The translations under genes were made by a program, and so were the position numbers. The notes below the pieces were generated by a model that saw nothing but the letters and a program-made list of their open reading frames with translations, was not told where the DNA came from and did not search any database. This document shows, piece by piece, positions 49,945 to 59,618 of a stretch of DNA of 64,000 nt (within the stretch, counting starts at the first letter, position 1; each line of letters starts with the position of its first letter). This stretch comes from Oscillospiraceae bacterium (GTDB taxonomy: Bacteria; Bacillota; Clostridia; Oscillospirales; Acutalibacteraceae), in assembly GCA_031275995.1 (NCBI GenBank), contig JAISNY010000016.1:12690-76689 (forward strand). The letters run 5' to 3'.

Positions 49945-50241
49945 ATGATGAGTAGGAGTTTGAAGAAAGCGCCGTTTGTTGCGCCTAAGTTGATGAAGGT
50001 AGTGAAAGCGCTTAATTCTGGAGGAAAAAAGAAAGTAATTAAGACCTGGAGCCGTGCTTCTACGATTTTTCCGGATTTTGTAGGGCATACTTTCGCCGTC
50101 CATAACGGGCGTAAGCACATGCCAATTTATGTAACAGAAGATATGGTAGGCCATAAGTTAGGTGAGTTTGTTTTAACGCGTACTTTTACGGGGCATTCTG
50201 GATCGAAAACTACGGCCGTTAAGCAAGTTTCTAAAAATTAG
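49945..50241 (+). CDS. rpsS: 30S ribosomal protein S19
   Basis: [10 protein letters not shown]...[25 protein letters not shown]. Confidence 0.95.
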   Translation: MMSRSLKKAPFVAPKLMKVVKALNSGGKKKVIKTWSRASTIFPDFVGHTFAVHNGRKHMPIYVTEDMVGHKLGEFVLTRTFTGHSGSKTTAVKQVSKN

Positions 50242-50274
50242 TGTTAAGTTAAGTTTTTTTCGAGGAGGTCAGTA

Positions 50275-50637
50275 ATGGAATCGAAAGCTCATTTAAGGTA
50301 CGTGCGTATTTCGCCGCGTAAAGTTACGATTGTGCTCGATTTAATAAGATGTAAGCCCGTTAAGTTTGCTATGGCTGTTTTGAGGCATACTCCGAAGGCC
50401 GCGAGTGAATATCTTGGGAAATTGTTAAAATCAGCGGTAGCTAATGCGGTTAATAATCATGGTATGAGTGAATCGGATTTGTATATTTCTCAGTGTTTTG
50501 TTTGTTCCGCTTCTACTGCAAGGCGTATGAGACCTGTCTCAAAGGGGCGCGGTCATAAGATTTTGAAGAGATCTTCTCATATAACTTTGATGTTGAAAGA
50601 AAGCGTGAAGGGGGTAAGTTGTGGGTCAAAAAGTTAA
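50275..50637 (+). CDS. rplV: 50S ribosomal protein L22
   Basis: uL22 sequence ([18 protein letters not shown]...) with an AGGAGG SD. Confidence 0.95.
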   Translation: MESKAHLRYVRISPRKVTIVLDLIRCKPVKFAMAVLRHTPKAASEYLGKLLKSAVANAVNNHGMSESDLYISQCFVCSASTARRMRPVSKGRGHKILKRSSHITLMLKESVKGVSCGSKS

Positions 50638-51301
50638 TCCGCACGGTTTGCGTGTGGGGATAAATAAAAATTGGAGTTCGAGATGGTTTGTTAAACCGGG
50701 CTTGATTGCATCCACTTTGGTGGAAGATTATAACTTGCGTAAATCTTTGAAAAGAAGGATGTTTACTGCCGGTGTTTCAAAGATTGAAATAGAGCGTGAC
50801 AGTGTTAAAGTGCGTATTTTTGTTTACTGTGCTAAGCCTGGAATTATTATAGGGCGCGCCGGTTCAGGCATCGAAAAGGTAAGGGTTTATTGTGAGAAGT
50901 TAACTAAGAAAACTGTGCTCATAAATATTGTTGAAATAAAAAAACCTGATACGAATGCTCAGCTTGTAGCTGAGTCTGTTGCTCAACAGCTTGAAAAGAG
51001 GATTTCTTTTCGGCGTGCTGTTAAGCAAGCTATTAGTCGAGCTATGAAGGCTGGTGCCCGTGGGATTAGATTGCAGGTTGGCGGAAGGCTTGGCGGAGCG
51101 GAAATTGCCAGAAGTGAGCGCTATCATGAAGGCAGTATTCCTCTCCAGACTTTTCGCGCCGATATAGATTATGGTTTTGCTGAGGCCTTTACTACCTACG
51201 GTATGATTGGTGTTAAAGTTTGGCTTTATAAGGGTGAGATTTTTAAAGGTAGTGTAAAACCGGAATCTACACAGGGGGGTGTTGGAAGTGCTGTTACCTA
51301 A
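50621..51301 (+). CDS. rpsC: 30S ribosomal protein S3
   Basis: [13 protein letters not shown]...; KH domain; [12 protein letters not shown]. Confidence 0.95.
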   Translation: MGQKVNPHGLRVGINKNWSSRWFVKPGLIASTLVEDYNLRKSLKRRMFTAGVSKIEIERDSVKVRIFVYCAKPGIIIGRAGSGIEKVRVYCEKLTKKTVLINIVEIKKPDTNAQLVAESVAQQLEKRISFRRAVKQAISRAMKAGARGIRLQVGGRLGGAEIARSERYHEGSIPLQTFRADIDYGFAEAFTTYGMIGVKVWLYKGEIFKGSVKPESTQGGVGSAVT

Positions 51302-51797
51302 GCGCACGAAATATCGAAAAGCTCACAGGGGACGCATGAAAGGCAGAGCAGTTCGCGGTTCTTGTATTGCTTATGGTGATTTTGGGTTGCAAGCGTTGGA
51401 GCCTCATTGGATAACTTCTAATCAAATTGAAGCGGCTCGTGTTGCTATGACGCGTTTTTGCAAGCGAATGGGGAAGGTTTGGATAAAAATTTTCCCTGAT
51501 AAGCCGATTTCGAAGAAGCCCGCTGAAACCAGAATGGGCAAAGGGAAGGGTGCTCCTGAGTACTGGGTTGCGGTGGTCAGGCCAGGTAGAATTATGTTTG
51601 AGCTCTCTGAGGTCAATGAGAAAACAGCGCGCGAAGCTATGCGCTTGGCCGCCAGTAAGCTTCCGATTAAATGTAAGTTTATTAGACGTAGCGAGGTTAC
51701 CTCAGGTTTGGCCGGTCATGAGGAAGTTTTGGATTCAAAGGGCTTGATTATAGATTCGCGAGTTAGCTTTGAGGTGGGGGATAAAGATGGAATCTAA
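51288..51797 (+). CDS. rplP: 50S ribosomal protein L16 (with a C-terminal extension of about 25 aa)
   Basis: (M)[18 protein letters not shown]... I chose the GTG at 51288, after AGGGGGG. The tail overlaps the rpmC start by 11 nt. Confidence 0.93.
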   Translation: MLLPKRTKYRKAHRGRMKGRAVRGSCIAYGDFGLQALEPHWITSNQIEAARVAMTRFCKRMGKVWIKIFPDKPISKKPAETRMGKGKGAPEYWVAVVRPGRIMFELSEVNEKTAREAMRLAASKLPIKCKFIRRSEVTSGLAGHEEVLDSKGLIIDSRVSFEVGDKDGI

Positions 51798-51987
51798 AGA
51801 AATTCGTTCACTTTTACCCGAAGAGATTAATGAAAAGGTGAAAGGTTATAAATCTGAACTTTTAAATTTACGGTTTCAGGCTAGCGTTAAACAGCTTGCC
51901 AATCCTATGAGGATTAGAGCTGTTCGTAAGAATATCGCAAGGCTGATCACAATTTTTAAGGAAAAAATTAATTCGCAGGAGGTGTGA
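51787..51987 (+). CDS. rpmC: 50S ribosomal protein L29
   Basis: [31 protein letters not shown]... ATG after GAGGTGGGGG. Confidence 0.93.
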   Translation: MESKEIRSLLPEEINEKVKGYKSELLNLRFQASVKQLANPMRIRAVRKNIARLITIFKEKINSQEV

Positions 51988-51992
51988 AGTAG

Positions 51993-52277
51993 GTGCAAGA
52001 GGTATCTTGTGGGGTTAAGCTCAGGTCGATGCGGAAGATTAAAGTCGGTGAGGTAATTAGTAACAAAATGCAGAAGACTATTGTAGTCGCTGTTAGTTAT
52101 TTCGTAAAACATGCACTGTATAAGAAGGTTATTAGGCGTACTACAAAGCTTAAAGTGCATGATGAAAATAATGAGTGTAAAATTGGGGATAAGGTTAAAA
52201 TTATGGAAACACGTCCTCTTTCTAAGGAAAAGCGGTGGCGTTTGATTTCTGTTATTGAAAAAACTCAGAAAATTTGA
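51993..52277 (+). CDS. rpsQ: 30S ribosomal protein S17
   Basis: [18 protein letters not shown]...[30 protein letters not shown] start 9 nt after GGAGG; an alternative ATG lies at 52029. Confidence 0.92.
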   Translation: MQEVSCGVKLRSMRKIKVGEVISNKMQKTIVVAVSYFVKHALYKKVIRRTTKLKVHDENNECKIGDKVKIMETRPLSKEKRWRLISVIEKTQKI

Positions 52278-52295
52278 ATTCGGGGGGTGTAATTT

Positions 52296-52664
52296 ATGGT
52301 TCAGGCTCAGACATTACTTTCAGTGGCGGATAACACCGGTGCTAAAAAGCTCATGTGTATAAAAGCCTTGGGGGGAACCCGGCGAAGATATGCCAGTGTG
52401 GGTGATGTGATAGTCGCCTCTGTTAAAAAGGCAGCTCCCGGAGGCATGGTCAAAAAGGGCGATGTCGTGAGAGCTGTGGTTGTGCGTACCAAAAAAGAAA
52501 TTAGGCGCGGAGATGGCTCCTATATACGTTTTGATGATAATGCCGCAGTGATAATAAAAGATGATAAGGCGCCTCGCGGTACTCGAATTTTTGGTCCGAT
52601 GGCGCGCGAACTTAGAGAGAAGAATTTTACTAAAATCGTGAGTTTAGCGCCTGAGACTTTATAG
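52296..52664 (+). CDS. rplN: 50S ribosomal protein L14
   Basis: [23 protein letters not shown]... Confidence 0.96.
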   Translation: MVQAQTLLSVADNTGAKKLMCIKALGGTRRRYASVGDVIVASVKKAAPGGMVKKGDVVRAVVVRTKKEIRRGDGSYIRFDDNAAVIIKDDKAPRGTRIFGPMARELREKNFTKIVSLAPETL

Positions 52665-52695
52665 TGATTGCCTGTTTTTTGTGGAGGTGAGAAAA

Positions 52696-53034
52696 TTGTT
52701 AAAGAAAGATACTTCCTTTAAGAAAATTCATGTAAAGACTGGCGATAAAGTTGTGGTTCTTTGCGGAAGAGATCGAAATCAGCGTGGTAAGGTTTTAGCT
52801 GTTAGCCCTAAGGAAGCGAAAGTTATTGTCAGCGGTATCGGGATGGTTTCGAAGCATGCGAAGCCGAGGCGCGCTGGGGAAGAAGGTGGCATCATAAGAA
52901 CTGAAAGCGCTATTTATTCCTGTAAAGTTCAGCTTGTTTGCGGGCGTTGTGATTCTCCTACTAGGATTGCCCATAAATTTGCTGAGGATGGCAAAAAGTT
53001 GCGTATGTGCAAGAAGTGTGGAGAAATTATATAA
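52696..53034 (+). CDS. rplX: 50S ribosomal protein L24 (with a C-terminal Cys4 motif)
   Basis: KOW motif HVKTGDKVVVLCGRDRNQRGKVL. I chose the TTG at 52696, 6 nt after GGAGGTG. The C-terminus reads CGRC...CKKCGE. Confidence 0.92.
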   Translation: MLKKDTSFKKIHVKTGDKVVVLCGRDRNQRGKVLAVSPKEAKVIVSGIGMVSKHAKPRRAGEEGGIIRTESAIYSCKVQLVCGRCDSPTRIAHKFAEDGKKLRMCKKCGEII

Positions 53035-53058
53035 ATTTTTTTGAGTGGGAGGTTTTGG

Positions 53059-53601
53059 ATGGCGAGGCTAAAAGAAGTTTACGATAAAGAAATAATTCCC
53101 AGATTGATGGATAAGTTTGGGTTTTCTAATGTTATGGCTGTGCCGCGCCTTGAAAAGGTTGTTTTGAATGTAGGTGCGGGAGAATCTCGTGAGAACTCTA
53201 AAGTTATCATCTCAGTGATGAGTGATTTAGCTAAAATTACCGGGCAGAAGCCTGTTGCTTGTTGTGCGAAAAAATCGGTTTCTAATTTTAAGGTCAGAGA
53301 AGGCATGAAGATTGGTGTGAAGATTACGCTGCGGGGTAGGCGTATGTTCGAATTTGTTGATAGGCTCTTTAATTTGGCTTTACCTCGCGTTAGAGATTTC
53401 CGTGGTATTAGTCCTAAGTCTTTCGATGGTCGCGGAAATTATAACATGGGAGTTAAAGAACAATTAATTTTCCCTGAAATTGAGTATGATAAAATCGATA
53501 AAATTCGTGGAATGGATATCTGTTTTGTTACTACTGCAGAGAGTGACGATCATGCTAAGGAGCTTCTTGAACTTCTAGGAGCGCCGTTCGCCAAAAGATA
53601 A
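53059..53601 (+). CDS. rplE: 50S ribosomal protein L5
   Basis: [42 protein letters not shown] after GGGAGG. Confidence 0.95.
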   Translation: MARLKEVYDKEIIPRLMDKFGFSNVMAVPRLEKVVLNVGAGESRENSKVIISVMSDLAKITGQKPVACCAKKSVSNFKVREGMKIGVKITLRGRRMFEFVDRLFNLALPRVRDFRGISPKSFDGRGNYNMGVKEQLIFPEIEYDKIDKIRGMDICFVTTAESDDHAKELLELLGAPFAKR

Positions 53602-53615
53602 GGGGGGTGATTTGA

Positions 53616-53801
53616 ATGGCTAAGGCTTCGTGGAGAGCTAAGCAGAAGCTGGTTCCTAAGTTTCCGACTAGGGCTTATTCGCGTTGTGGCATTTGTGGCA
53701 GATCGCGTGCTTATCTTCGGCGTTTTGGTGTTTGCCGTATATGTTTTAGGGTGTTGGCGCATAAAGGGGAAATTCCGGGCGTTAAAAAAGCAAGTTGGTA
53801 A
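53616..53801 (+). CDS. rpsN: 30S ribosomal protein S14, type Z (61 aa, zinc form)
   Basis: [22 protein letters not shown], i.e. CxxC...CxxC, and 61 aa long. Confidence 0.95.
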   Translation: MAKASWRAKQKLVPKFPTRAYSRCGICGRSRAYLRRFGVCRICFRVLAHKGEIPGVKKASW

Positions 53802-53835
53802 ATTTATGAGTTTTTTAAAATGGGGGGTGAAAACT

Positions 53836-54234
53836 GTGCAGATTACAGATCCAATTGCAGATTTTCTCACACGCATAAGGAATGCTTATTGTGCTAAGCA
53901 TGATTCGGTAGATGTTCCTGCTTCAAAAATTAAAAGAGAAATGAGTAAAATTTTGGTTGATGAAGGTTATGTGCGTAGATTCAGTTTTTTGGCTGATGGT
54001 AAGCAAGGAATTATAAAAATTATTTTAAAATATAATGAAATGAAAGTTCCGGCTATAACTGGTTTGAAGCGGGTATCTAAACCTGGGTTTCGTGTTCATA
54101 GTGGCGTCGGAAGCTTGCCTAAAGTTATGAAGGGGCTTGGCGTTGCGATTATTTCCACTCCTAAAGGGATCATGACCGATCGTCATGCGCGTTTCGAGCG
54201 TGTTGGAGGGGAAGTTTTGGCTTATGTTTGGTGA
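53836..54234 (+). CDS. rpsH: 30S ribosomal protein S8
   Basis: (M)[16 protein letters not shown]... I chose the GTG at 53836, after GGGGGG. The resulting length of 132 aa matches the family. Confidence 0.94.
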   Translation: MQITDPIADFLTRIRNAYCAKHDSVDVPASKIKREMSKILVDEGYVRRFSFLADGKQGIIKIILKYNEMKVPAITGLKRVSKPGFRVHSGVGSLPKVMKGLGVAIISTPKGIMTDRHARFERVGGEVLAYVW

Positions 54235-54320
54235 TCTATTTTATGCCGAGATTTTGTTGGGGTTGCGTTTTTAATTATTAGGCAATTTCAACAAAATATT
54301 GTGTAGGAGGTGTTGGAGAT

Positions 54321-54866
54321 TTGTCCAGAATTGGAAGAAAACCTATAAATATTCCTCAAGGCGTGGAGCTTAGTTTTTCTAATAATGTTTTTCGTGTCAA
54401 GGGCGCGAAAGGAGTATTAGAGCAAACTATTCATCCGAATATGCGTCTTGAAATTGGTGAGGGGACTGTAGTTGTTACTCGCCCTAATGATGAAAAGTTC
54501 AATCGTTCGCTTCATGGTTTGACCAGGTCGTTGGTTGCTAACGCGTTGGAAGGCGTGACAAACGGTTTTGAAAAAATCTTAGAAATCAATGGAGTGGGTT
54601 ATCGGGCGCAGAAGCAAGGTTCGAATTTGCTTATGAATCTCGGATTTTCGCATCAGGTTATTGTTTCAGAAACCGACGACATAAAAATTGATGTTCAAGG
54701 TAATAAGGTTAAGATTAAGGGCATCGATAAGCAAAAAGTTGGTCAATTTGCTGCAAATGTTAGGTCAAAGAGGCCGCCGGAACCATACAAAGGTAAGGGC
54801 GTTAAGTATCTTGACGAAATTATCCGTCGTAAAGAAGGAAAGGCTGGTAAGTCTGTTAAAAAGTAA
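54321..54866 (+). CDS. rplF: 50S ribosomal protein L6
   Basis: MSRIGRKPINIPQGVEL... TTG start after AGGAGG. Confidence 0.95.
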   Translation: MSRIGRKPINIPQGVELSFSNNVFRVKGAKGVLEQTIHPNMRLEIGEGTVVVTRPNDEKFNRSLHGLTRSLVANALEGVTNGFEKILEINGVGYRAQKQGSNLLMNLGFSHQVIVSETDDIKIDVQGNKVKIKGIDKQKVGQFAANVRSKRPPEPYKGKGVKYLDEIIRRKEGKAGKSVKK

Positions 54867-55125
54867 TGTTTAAGAAAAGGAAAAGAGCTCCTGATTTTCT
54901 GTTCCGTGCGTAATAAGCGGGTCTTTTATTTGTTGCAGGGAAGAGCAAATAATTTAGCGGACAAGAAAGCGGTAAATGTCTTGAGTGCTTTATGTTGCGA
55001 ATGTAGATCGCATGAGTTGTGTTAGATTGGTAAGTAGAAGCTTTTTAAAAATTCAAAATAAGGTGAGTATTTTTTAAAAAATTAAATGTTCAATTTCTAA
55101 AAATTGTTTCAAGGAGTGAGAAAAG

Positions 55126-55485
55126 GTGATTTTAAGGCGCAGTAAGAATGATTCGCGCTTAAAAAGGCATAAGCGTGTTCGAGCCAAGATTAAAGGAACT
55201 GCTCAGTGCCCTCGTCTTAGTGTGTTCCGTTCCCTTAATCATATCTATGCGCAGATTATAGACGACTGCTCTGGTGTGACACTTGTTTCAGCTTCCAGCA
55301 TTGAAAAATCTTTTGTTGGGAAAGGTCGTGATAAGGTGGCTGCACGTGAGGTGGGCAAGATTTTGGCTCAGCGTACCGTTTCGTCTGGCATAAAATCTGT
55401 TGTTTTTGATCGCGGAGGATATTTGTTTCATGGAAGGGTAAAAGAGCTTGCAGAAGGTGCTCGTGAAATTGGATTAAAATTTTAA
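55126..55485 (+). CDS. rplR: 50S ribosomal protein L18
   Basis: [36 protein letters not shown]... GTG start 9 nt after AAGGAG. Confidence 0.94.
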   Translation: MILRRSKNDSRLKRHKRVRAKIKGTAQCPRLSVFRSLNHIYAQIIDDCSGVTLVSASSIEKSFVGKGRDKVAAREVGKILAQRTVSSGIKSVVFDRGGYLFHGRVKELAEGAREIGLKF

Positions 55486-55489
55486 TTAA

Positions 55490-56023
55490 GTGGGGGTGTT
55501 TTTAATTAAAACTGATAGAAGAGAAGATAGAAAAGATGTTAATAAGAGTGAATTTAAAGAGCGATTAGTTGCGGTCAATCGTGTTTCTAAGACTGTCAAA
55601 GGTGGAAGAATTTTTAAATTTTCTGTTCTCATGGTAGTGGGCGATGGAAAGGGTTTAGTTGGGGCAGGAATTGGGAAATCAGGTGAGATTCCTGACGCAA
55701 TCCGTAAAGGTATCGAGGATGCAAAGAAAAACGTGATAAAGGTTACGCTACGTGGCGGAACTATTCCTCATGAAATCGTGGGTGAATTTGGCGCTGGCAG
55801 AGTTCTTTTAAAGCCTGCACATCCTGGTACGGGTGTGCTTGCTGGTGGTTCGGCACGTACGGTTATAGAGGCGGCCGGAATAAAAGACCTTCGTGCTAAA
55901 TCTTTGCGTTCGAATAACCCGTGTAATGTTGTTAAAGCTGTGATAAATGGGTTGCGTTCAGTGCGTTCTGCTTCGCAGGTTGCTCAGATGCGCGATAAAA
56001 CTATCCAGGAAATCTTTGGTTGA
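55490..56023 (+). CDS. rpsE: 30S ribosomal protein S5
   Basis: [30 protein letters not shown]. The exact start codon (GTG 55490 or 55496) is uncertain. Confidence 0.93.
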   Translation: MGVFLIKTDRREDRKDVNKSEFKERLVAVNRVSKTVKGGRIFKFSVLMVVGDGKGLVGAGIGKSGEIPDAIRKGIEDAKKNVIKVTLRGGTIPHEIVGEFGAGRVLLKPAHPGTGVLAGGSARTVIEAAGIKDLRAKSLRSNNPCNVVKAVINGLRSVRSASQVAQMRDKTIQEIFG

Positions 56024-56184
56024 TTCATTGTAATGATTATCGTAATTTTGAAATGTTGCTTTTGAATCATTGCTAGTTAAGTTCGAGCAGGTTCAGCCTC
56101 AAAGGCCAGTTAGTCAGGTGCACGGCGGGACTATCCAGGAAATTTTTGGTTCATTCATGGCGATGGTTGCTGTAATTTTGAAAT
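56000..56184. repeat. Imperfect direct repeat: the rpsE 3' tail plus downstream sequence is duplicated 130 nt further on
   Basis: 56000-56054 (actatccaggaaatctttggttgattcatt...gtaattttgaaat) versus 56130-56184 (actatccaggaaatttttggttcattcatg...gtaattttgaaat). About 47 of 55 positions are identical, and weaker similarity extends about 25 nt upstream of each copy. Confidence 0.85.
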
Positions 56185-56270
56185 AATGTTAGAATCCTTA
56201 TCCAGTTGTTAGAGTGGCTTAGAATGTTCTTGTTTTGGGTGTTTGTTTTGGGAATAAGGAGGTGGAATGA

Positions 56271-56711
56271 ATGGAAGCTTTGAATTTACGTCCTGTGGAA
56301 GGTGCAAGGCAACGTCGTCGACGTCTTGGGAGAGGTCATGGTTCTGGTTGGGGAAAAACTTCCGGCAAGGGACATAAAGGGCAGAAAGCACGCTCCGGTG
56401 GTACGATTCGTTGGGGTTTTGAAGGTGGTCAGATGCCTCTTCAGCGCAGAATTCCTAAGCGTGGGTTTAATAATATTTTTGCACTTAAGGTGATTGCTGT
56501 TCAGGTTGGAAAGTTGAATGTTTTTGAAGAAGGTTCAGTTGTCGACGATAAATTGTTAATCGAATCTGGAATTGTTAAGAAGAAATTTGACAAGATTAAG
56601 ATTGTTAGCGGTGGCGAGCTGAACAAGAAGTTGAATGTGAAACTCGGTGCTTTTTCTGAATCTGCCAAAAATGTTATTGAAAGTTTTGGCGGGATTGCGG
56701 AGGTGATTTAA
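56271..56711 (+). CDS. rplO: 50S ribosomal protein L15
   Basis: LRPVEGARQRRRRLGRGHGSGWGKTSGKGHKGQKARSG. Confidence 0.95.
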   Translation: MEALNLRPVEGARQRRRRLGRGHGSGWGKTSGKGHKGQKARSGGTIRWGFEGGQMPLQRRIPKRGFNNIFALKVIAVQVGKLNVFEEGSVVDDKLLIESGIVKKKFDKIKIVSGGELNKKLNVKLGAFSESAKNVIESFGGIAEVI

Positions 56712-58037
56712 ATGTTTGCGGCTGTAAAACAAGCTTGGAAATCTGGTGATCTCAAAAAAAAGTTGTTTTATACCATCCTAATAATGATAGTTTTCAGGAT
56801 TGGTTCGATGATTCCGGTTCCATTTCTTAATGCGGTTGCTCTTAAAGGGTTTATGGGTAACCTTTCTGGAGGCGGAGCGCTACTTGCTTATTTTGATACG
56901 CTTTCGGGTGGAGCTTTTGGTCAAGCTACGCTTTTTGCGATGTCGGTGCAACCATATATTAATTCGCAGATCATAATGCAACTCATGGTTGTGGCGATTC
57001 CCGCCCTCGAAGTGATGCAGCGTGAGGGCGAGGAAGGACGTAAGCGAATTTTAGCTATCACAAGGTTTGTAACAATTTTTCTTGGTATTTCTCAAGGACT
57101 TATGTACTACTTATTTTTAAGAAATCATTCGTTCAGAGGAGTCCCGATAATCAAATATATCAAAGGTCCGGAAGGAATCTTTGTTATGTTTGTGATTATT
57201 TCGGTCTTTACTGCCGGTACGGCGCTGATGATGTGGCTCGGTGAGCGAATTAATGAAAAAGGTGTTGGCAACGGTGTTTCTGTGCTCATGTTTGCTGGTA
57301 TAGTTTCCAGAATGCCGGCGTTAGTAGTTCATGCTGCCAGCTATATATATCTGGCAATTACAGACCCTGTTCAGCATTGGTTATATTATGTTTTTGTTCC
57401 GCTTTTTATTTTAGTTTTTTTGGGTATGATGTGGTTAATTGTTTTCATGAGCGATGCGGAGCGTCGTCTGCCGATTCAATATGCCAAGAGAGTTGTGGGT
57501 CGTAAGATGTATGATGGAAGAAGCAGTCATTTGCCGCTTAAGATAGGCTTAGCAGGCATTATGCCGATTATTTTTGCGTCAATGATTTTATCTATTCCCA
57601 GCATGATGAATTTGTTCATTCAACCTTCGGGTTTTTTTAAGATGTTTTTAGATGCGCTTTCTGTGAATGGTTGGATATATACTATTATATATTTCTTTTT
57701 GATAATAATGTTTTCGTACTTTTATGTTTCCATTTCCTATAACCCCATCGAGATTTCTAACAATTTAAGGCAGAGTGGCGGTGCTGTGCCGGGGATAAGA
57801 CCGGGAAGACCTACCACTGAGTATATTGCCAAAGTTCTTTCGAGAGTGACGTTGATGGGTGCTTTGTTTTTAGCTTTTATTGCAATATTCCCTATGTTTT
57901 TTTCTGGGTTGACTTCTTTGGGTGGACTTTCTTTAAGCGGTACTTCTATTGTGATATTGGTTGGTGTTGCTTTGGAGACGGTCAAAATGATAGAATCGCA
58001 AACTATGATGCGGCAGCACAAGGGGTTTCTTGATTAG
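56712..58037 (+). CDS. secY: Preprotein translocase subunit SecY
   Basis: 441 aa, 10 TM segments, the conserved start ...LKKKLFYTILIMIVFRIGSMIPVPF, and a position after rplO. Confidence 0.95.
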   Translation: MFAAVKQAWKSGDLKKKLFYTILIMIVFRIGSMIPVPFLNAVALKGFMGNLSGGGALLAYFDTLSGGAFGQATLFAMSVQPYINSQIIMQLMVVAIPALEVMQREGEEGRKRILAITRFVTIFLGISQGLMYYLFLRNHSFRGVPIIKYIKGPEGIFVMFVIISVFTAGTALMMWLGERINEKGVGNGVSVLMFAGIVSRMPALVVHAASYIYLAITDPVQHWLYYVFVPLFILVFLGMMWLIVFMSDAERRLPIQYAKRVVGRKMYDGRSSHLPLKIGLAGIMPIIFASMILSIPSMMNLFIQPSGFFKMFLDALSVNGWIYTIIYFFLIIMFSYFYVSISYNPIEISNNLRQSGGAVPGIRPGRPTTEYIAKVLSRVTLMGALFLAFIAIFPMFFSGLTSLGGLSLSGTSIVILVGVALETVKMIESQTMMRQHKGFLD

Positions 58038-58054
58038 TTTATATTATTTTATGG

Positions 58055-58855
58055 GTGGTTTATGTGATTTTTGAAAAATTTTCAAATGTTGATCGTTCTG
58101 TGGAGGATAATATTAATTCCTCTGTTAGCCAAATGTTGGGGGTTCCCAATATTTCGAGCGAGGGTATTATCCATGCGGAGCTTCAGAAAGATGGCGAAAA
58201 ATCTGATGCCTGTGTGCTAAAGAATTTTATATTTCTCGGGGCACCCGGTGCAGGAAAAGGTACTCAAGCATCTCATGTTAGCAAAGTGCTAGGGATTCCT
58301 AGTATTTCGAGCGGGGATATTATCCGTGCGGAGCTTAAGAAAGGTGGCGAAAAGGCGGAAAAATTTAAGCTTTATTCTGAAAAAGGTCTGTTGGTTCCGG
58401 ATGAAATGATCGTTGAAATTATTTGTGATCGTATCAAAGAGGAAGATTGCTGTAACGGTTTTATTCTTGATGGGTTCCCTCGCACGATTTCACAGGCTCA
58501 GGCCTTGGAAAAGATGGTGCATATCGATAGAGTCATAAACATAGTTGTAGATGCTGAGACAATTTATAAGAGAATGTCTGGACGTTGCGTGTGTGAAAAA
58601 TGTGGCGCTGTTTTTAATTCAGTGGCCGAGATGCGCCCTAAATCAGAAGGCGTTTGTGATTTATGTGGCGGCGCGCTTGTTCGTAGAACTGATGATGAAG
58701 AGCAGACTGTACGTGAACGTTTAAAGGTGTATCACGATCAAACTTTTCCGCTCGAGGAGTTCTATACAAAGAAAGGTGTGCTTGTTTCCATAGATGGCAG
58801 CCGTGATTTTTCGCTTACTTCACTTGATGTGCTTAAGGCCGTAGGTGTTCAATGA
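58055..58855 (+). CDS. adk: Adenylate kinase with an in-frame N-terminal extension of about 53 aa (a degenerate self-duplication)
   Basis: P-loop FLGAPGAGKGTQ at residues 60-71 of the ORF and a Cys4 lid (CEKCG...CDLCGG). Possible starts are GTG 58055/58064 (long form) or GTG 58214 (canonical length, no SD). Confidence 0.88.
   Translation: MVYVIFEKFSNVDRSVEDNINSSVSQMLGVPNISSEGIIHAELQKDGEKSDACVLKNFIFLGAPGAGKGTQASHVSKVLGIPSISSGDIIRAELKKGGEKAEKFKLYSEKGLLVPDEMIVEIICDRIKEEDCCNGFILDGFPRTISQAQALEKMVHIDRVINIVVDAETIYKRMSGRCVCEKCGAVFNSVAEMRPKSEGVCDLCGGALVRRTDDEEQTVRERLKVYHDQTFPLEEFYTKKGVLVSIDGSRDFSLTSLDVLKAVGVQ
58124..58353. repeat. Diverged direct repeat inside the adk ORF (offset 153 nt, i.e. 51 codons)
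   Basis: 58124-58200 versus 58277-58353 are roughly 80% identical by eye. They encode VSQMLGVPNISSEGIIHAELQKDGEK versus VSKVLGIPSISSGDIIRAELKKGGEK. Confidence 0.85.
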
Positions 58856-59601
58856 TTCCACTTAAATTTGGAAAAGAATTGGAGTTTATGCGTGAAGCCG
58901 GCAGGATCTCAGCTTTGGCCTTGAAGGCGGCTGGAGAGGCAATTAAGCCTGGCGTTACTACGAAACAGATTGATGAAGCAGCGCGCAGATGTATTGAATC
59001 TTATGGTGCTAAGCCTTCGTTTTTGGGTGAAGGTGGCTTTCCCGCTGCTGCGTGCATTTCTGTTAACGACGAGGTTATCCACTGTGTCCCCGGAGAAAGA
59101 GTGATCGAGTATGGAGATATTGTGAGCGTTGATGTAGGCGCCTACATACATGGGTTCCATGGGGATAATGCTCGGACCTTTGCTTGCGGTGAGATAAGTG
59201 ACGAAGCTCAAAGGTTGCTTGAAGTTACGGAAAAAAGCTTGCATGACGCTATCAAAGTTGCTAAGATTGGTTCGAGGATAGGTGACATTGGTTTTACAGT
59301 TCAGAATTTCGTTGAAAAAAATGGTTTTTCGGTCGTGCGTAAGTTTGTAGGGCATGGCATCGGACGCAGTGTACATGAGGAGCCTAGTGTTCCTAATTTT
59401 GGTGTTCCTGGCTCCGGTGGATTGTTGGTTAAAGGTATGGTGATTGCGATTGAGCCAATGGTAAATGTCGGTAAAGAAAAAGTTAGGATTCTTGATGACG
59501 GTTGGAGTGTTGTTACGGCCGATGGTTCTCTTTCTGCACATTTCGAGCATACAGTTGCGATTACTGAAGATGGTCCGTTAATTTTGACTATTCCTTACTA
59601 G
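58852..59601 (+). CDS. map: Methionine aminopeptidase type I
   Basis: Metal ligands in context: DIVSVDVGAYIHGFHGDNARTF, FVGHGIG, AIEPM and HFEHTV. An ATGA overlap links it to the adk stop. Confidence 0.93.
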   Translation: MIPLKFGKELEFMREAGRISALALKAAGEAIKPGVTTKQIDEAARRCIESYGAKPSFLGEGGFPAAACISVNDEVIHCVPGERVIEYGDIVSVDVGAYIHGFHGDNARTFACGEISDEAQRLLEVTEKSLHDAIKVAKIGSRIGDIGFTVQNFVEKNGFSVVRKFVGHGIGRSVHEEPSVPNFGVPGSGGLLVKGMVIAIEPMVNVGKEKVRILDDGWSVVTADGSLSAHFEHTVAITEDGPLILTIPY

Positions 59602-59618
59602 ATGTTATCAGGTGTTTT

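Noticed and set aside
55061-55080. A shared motif TTCAAA(A)TAAGGTGAG in the rplF-rplR spacer and in the KOW-infA spacer (59875-59893)
   Set aside because: The match is only about 16 nt with an indel in AT-rich DNA, which is within chance expectation for a 64-kb window. It also contains an SD-like AAGGTGAG that is common here.
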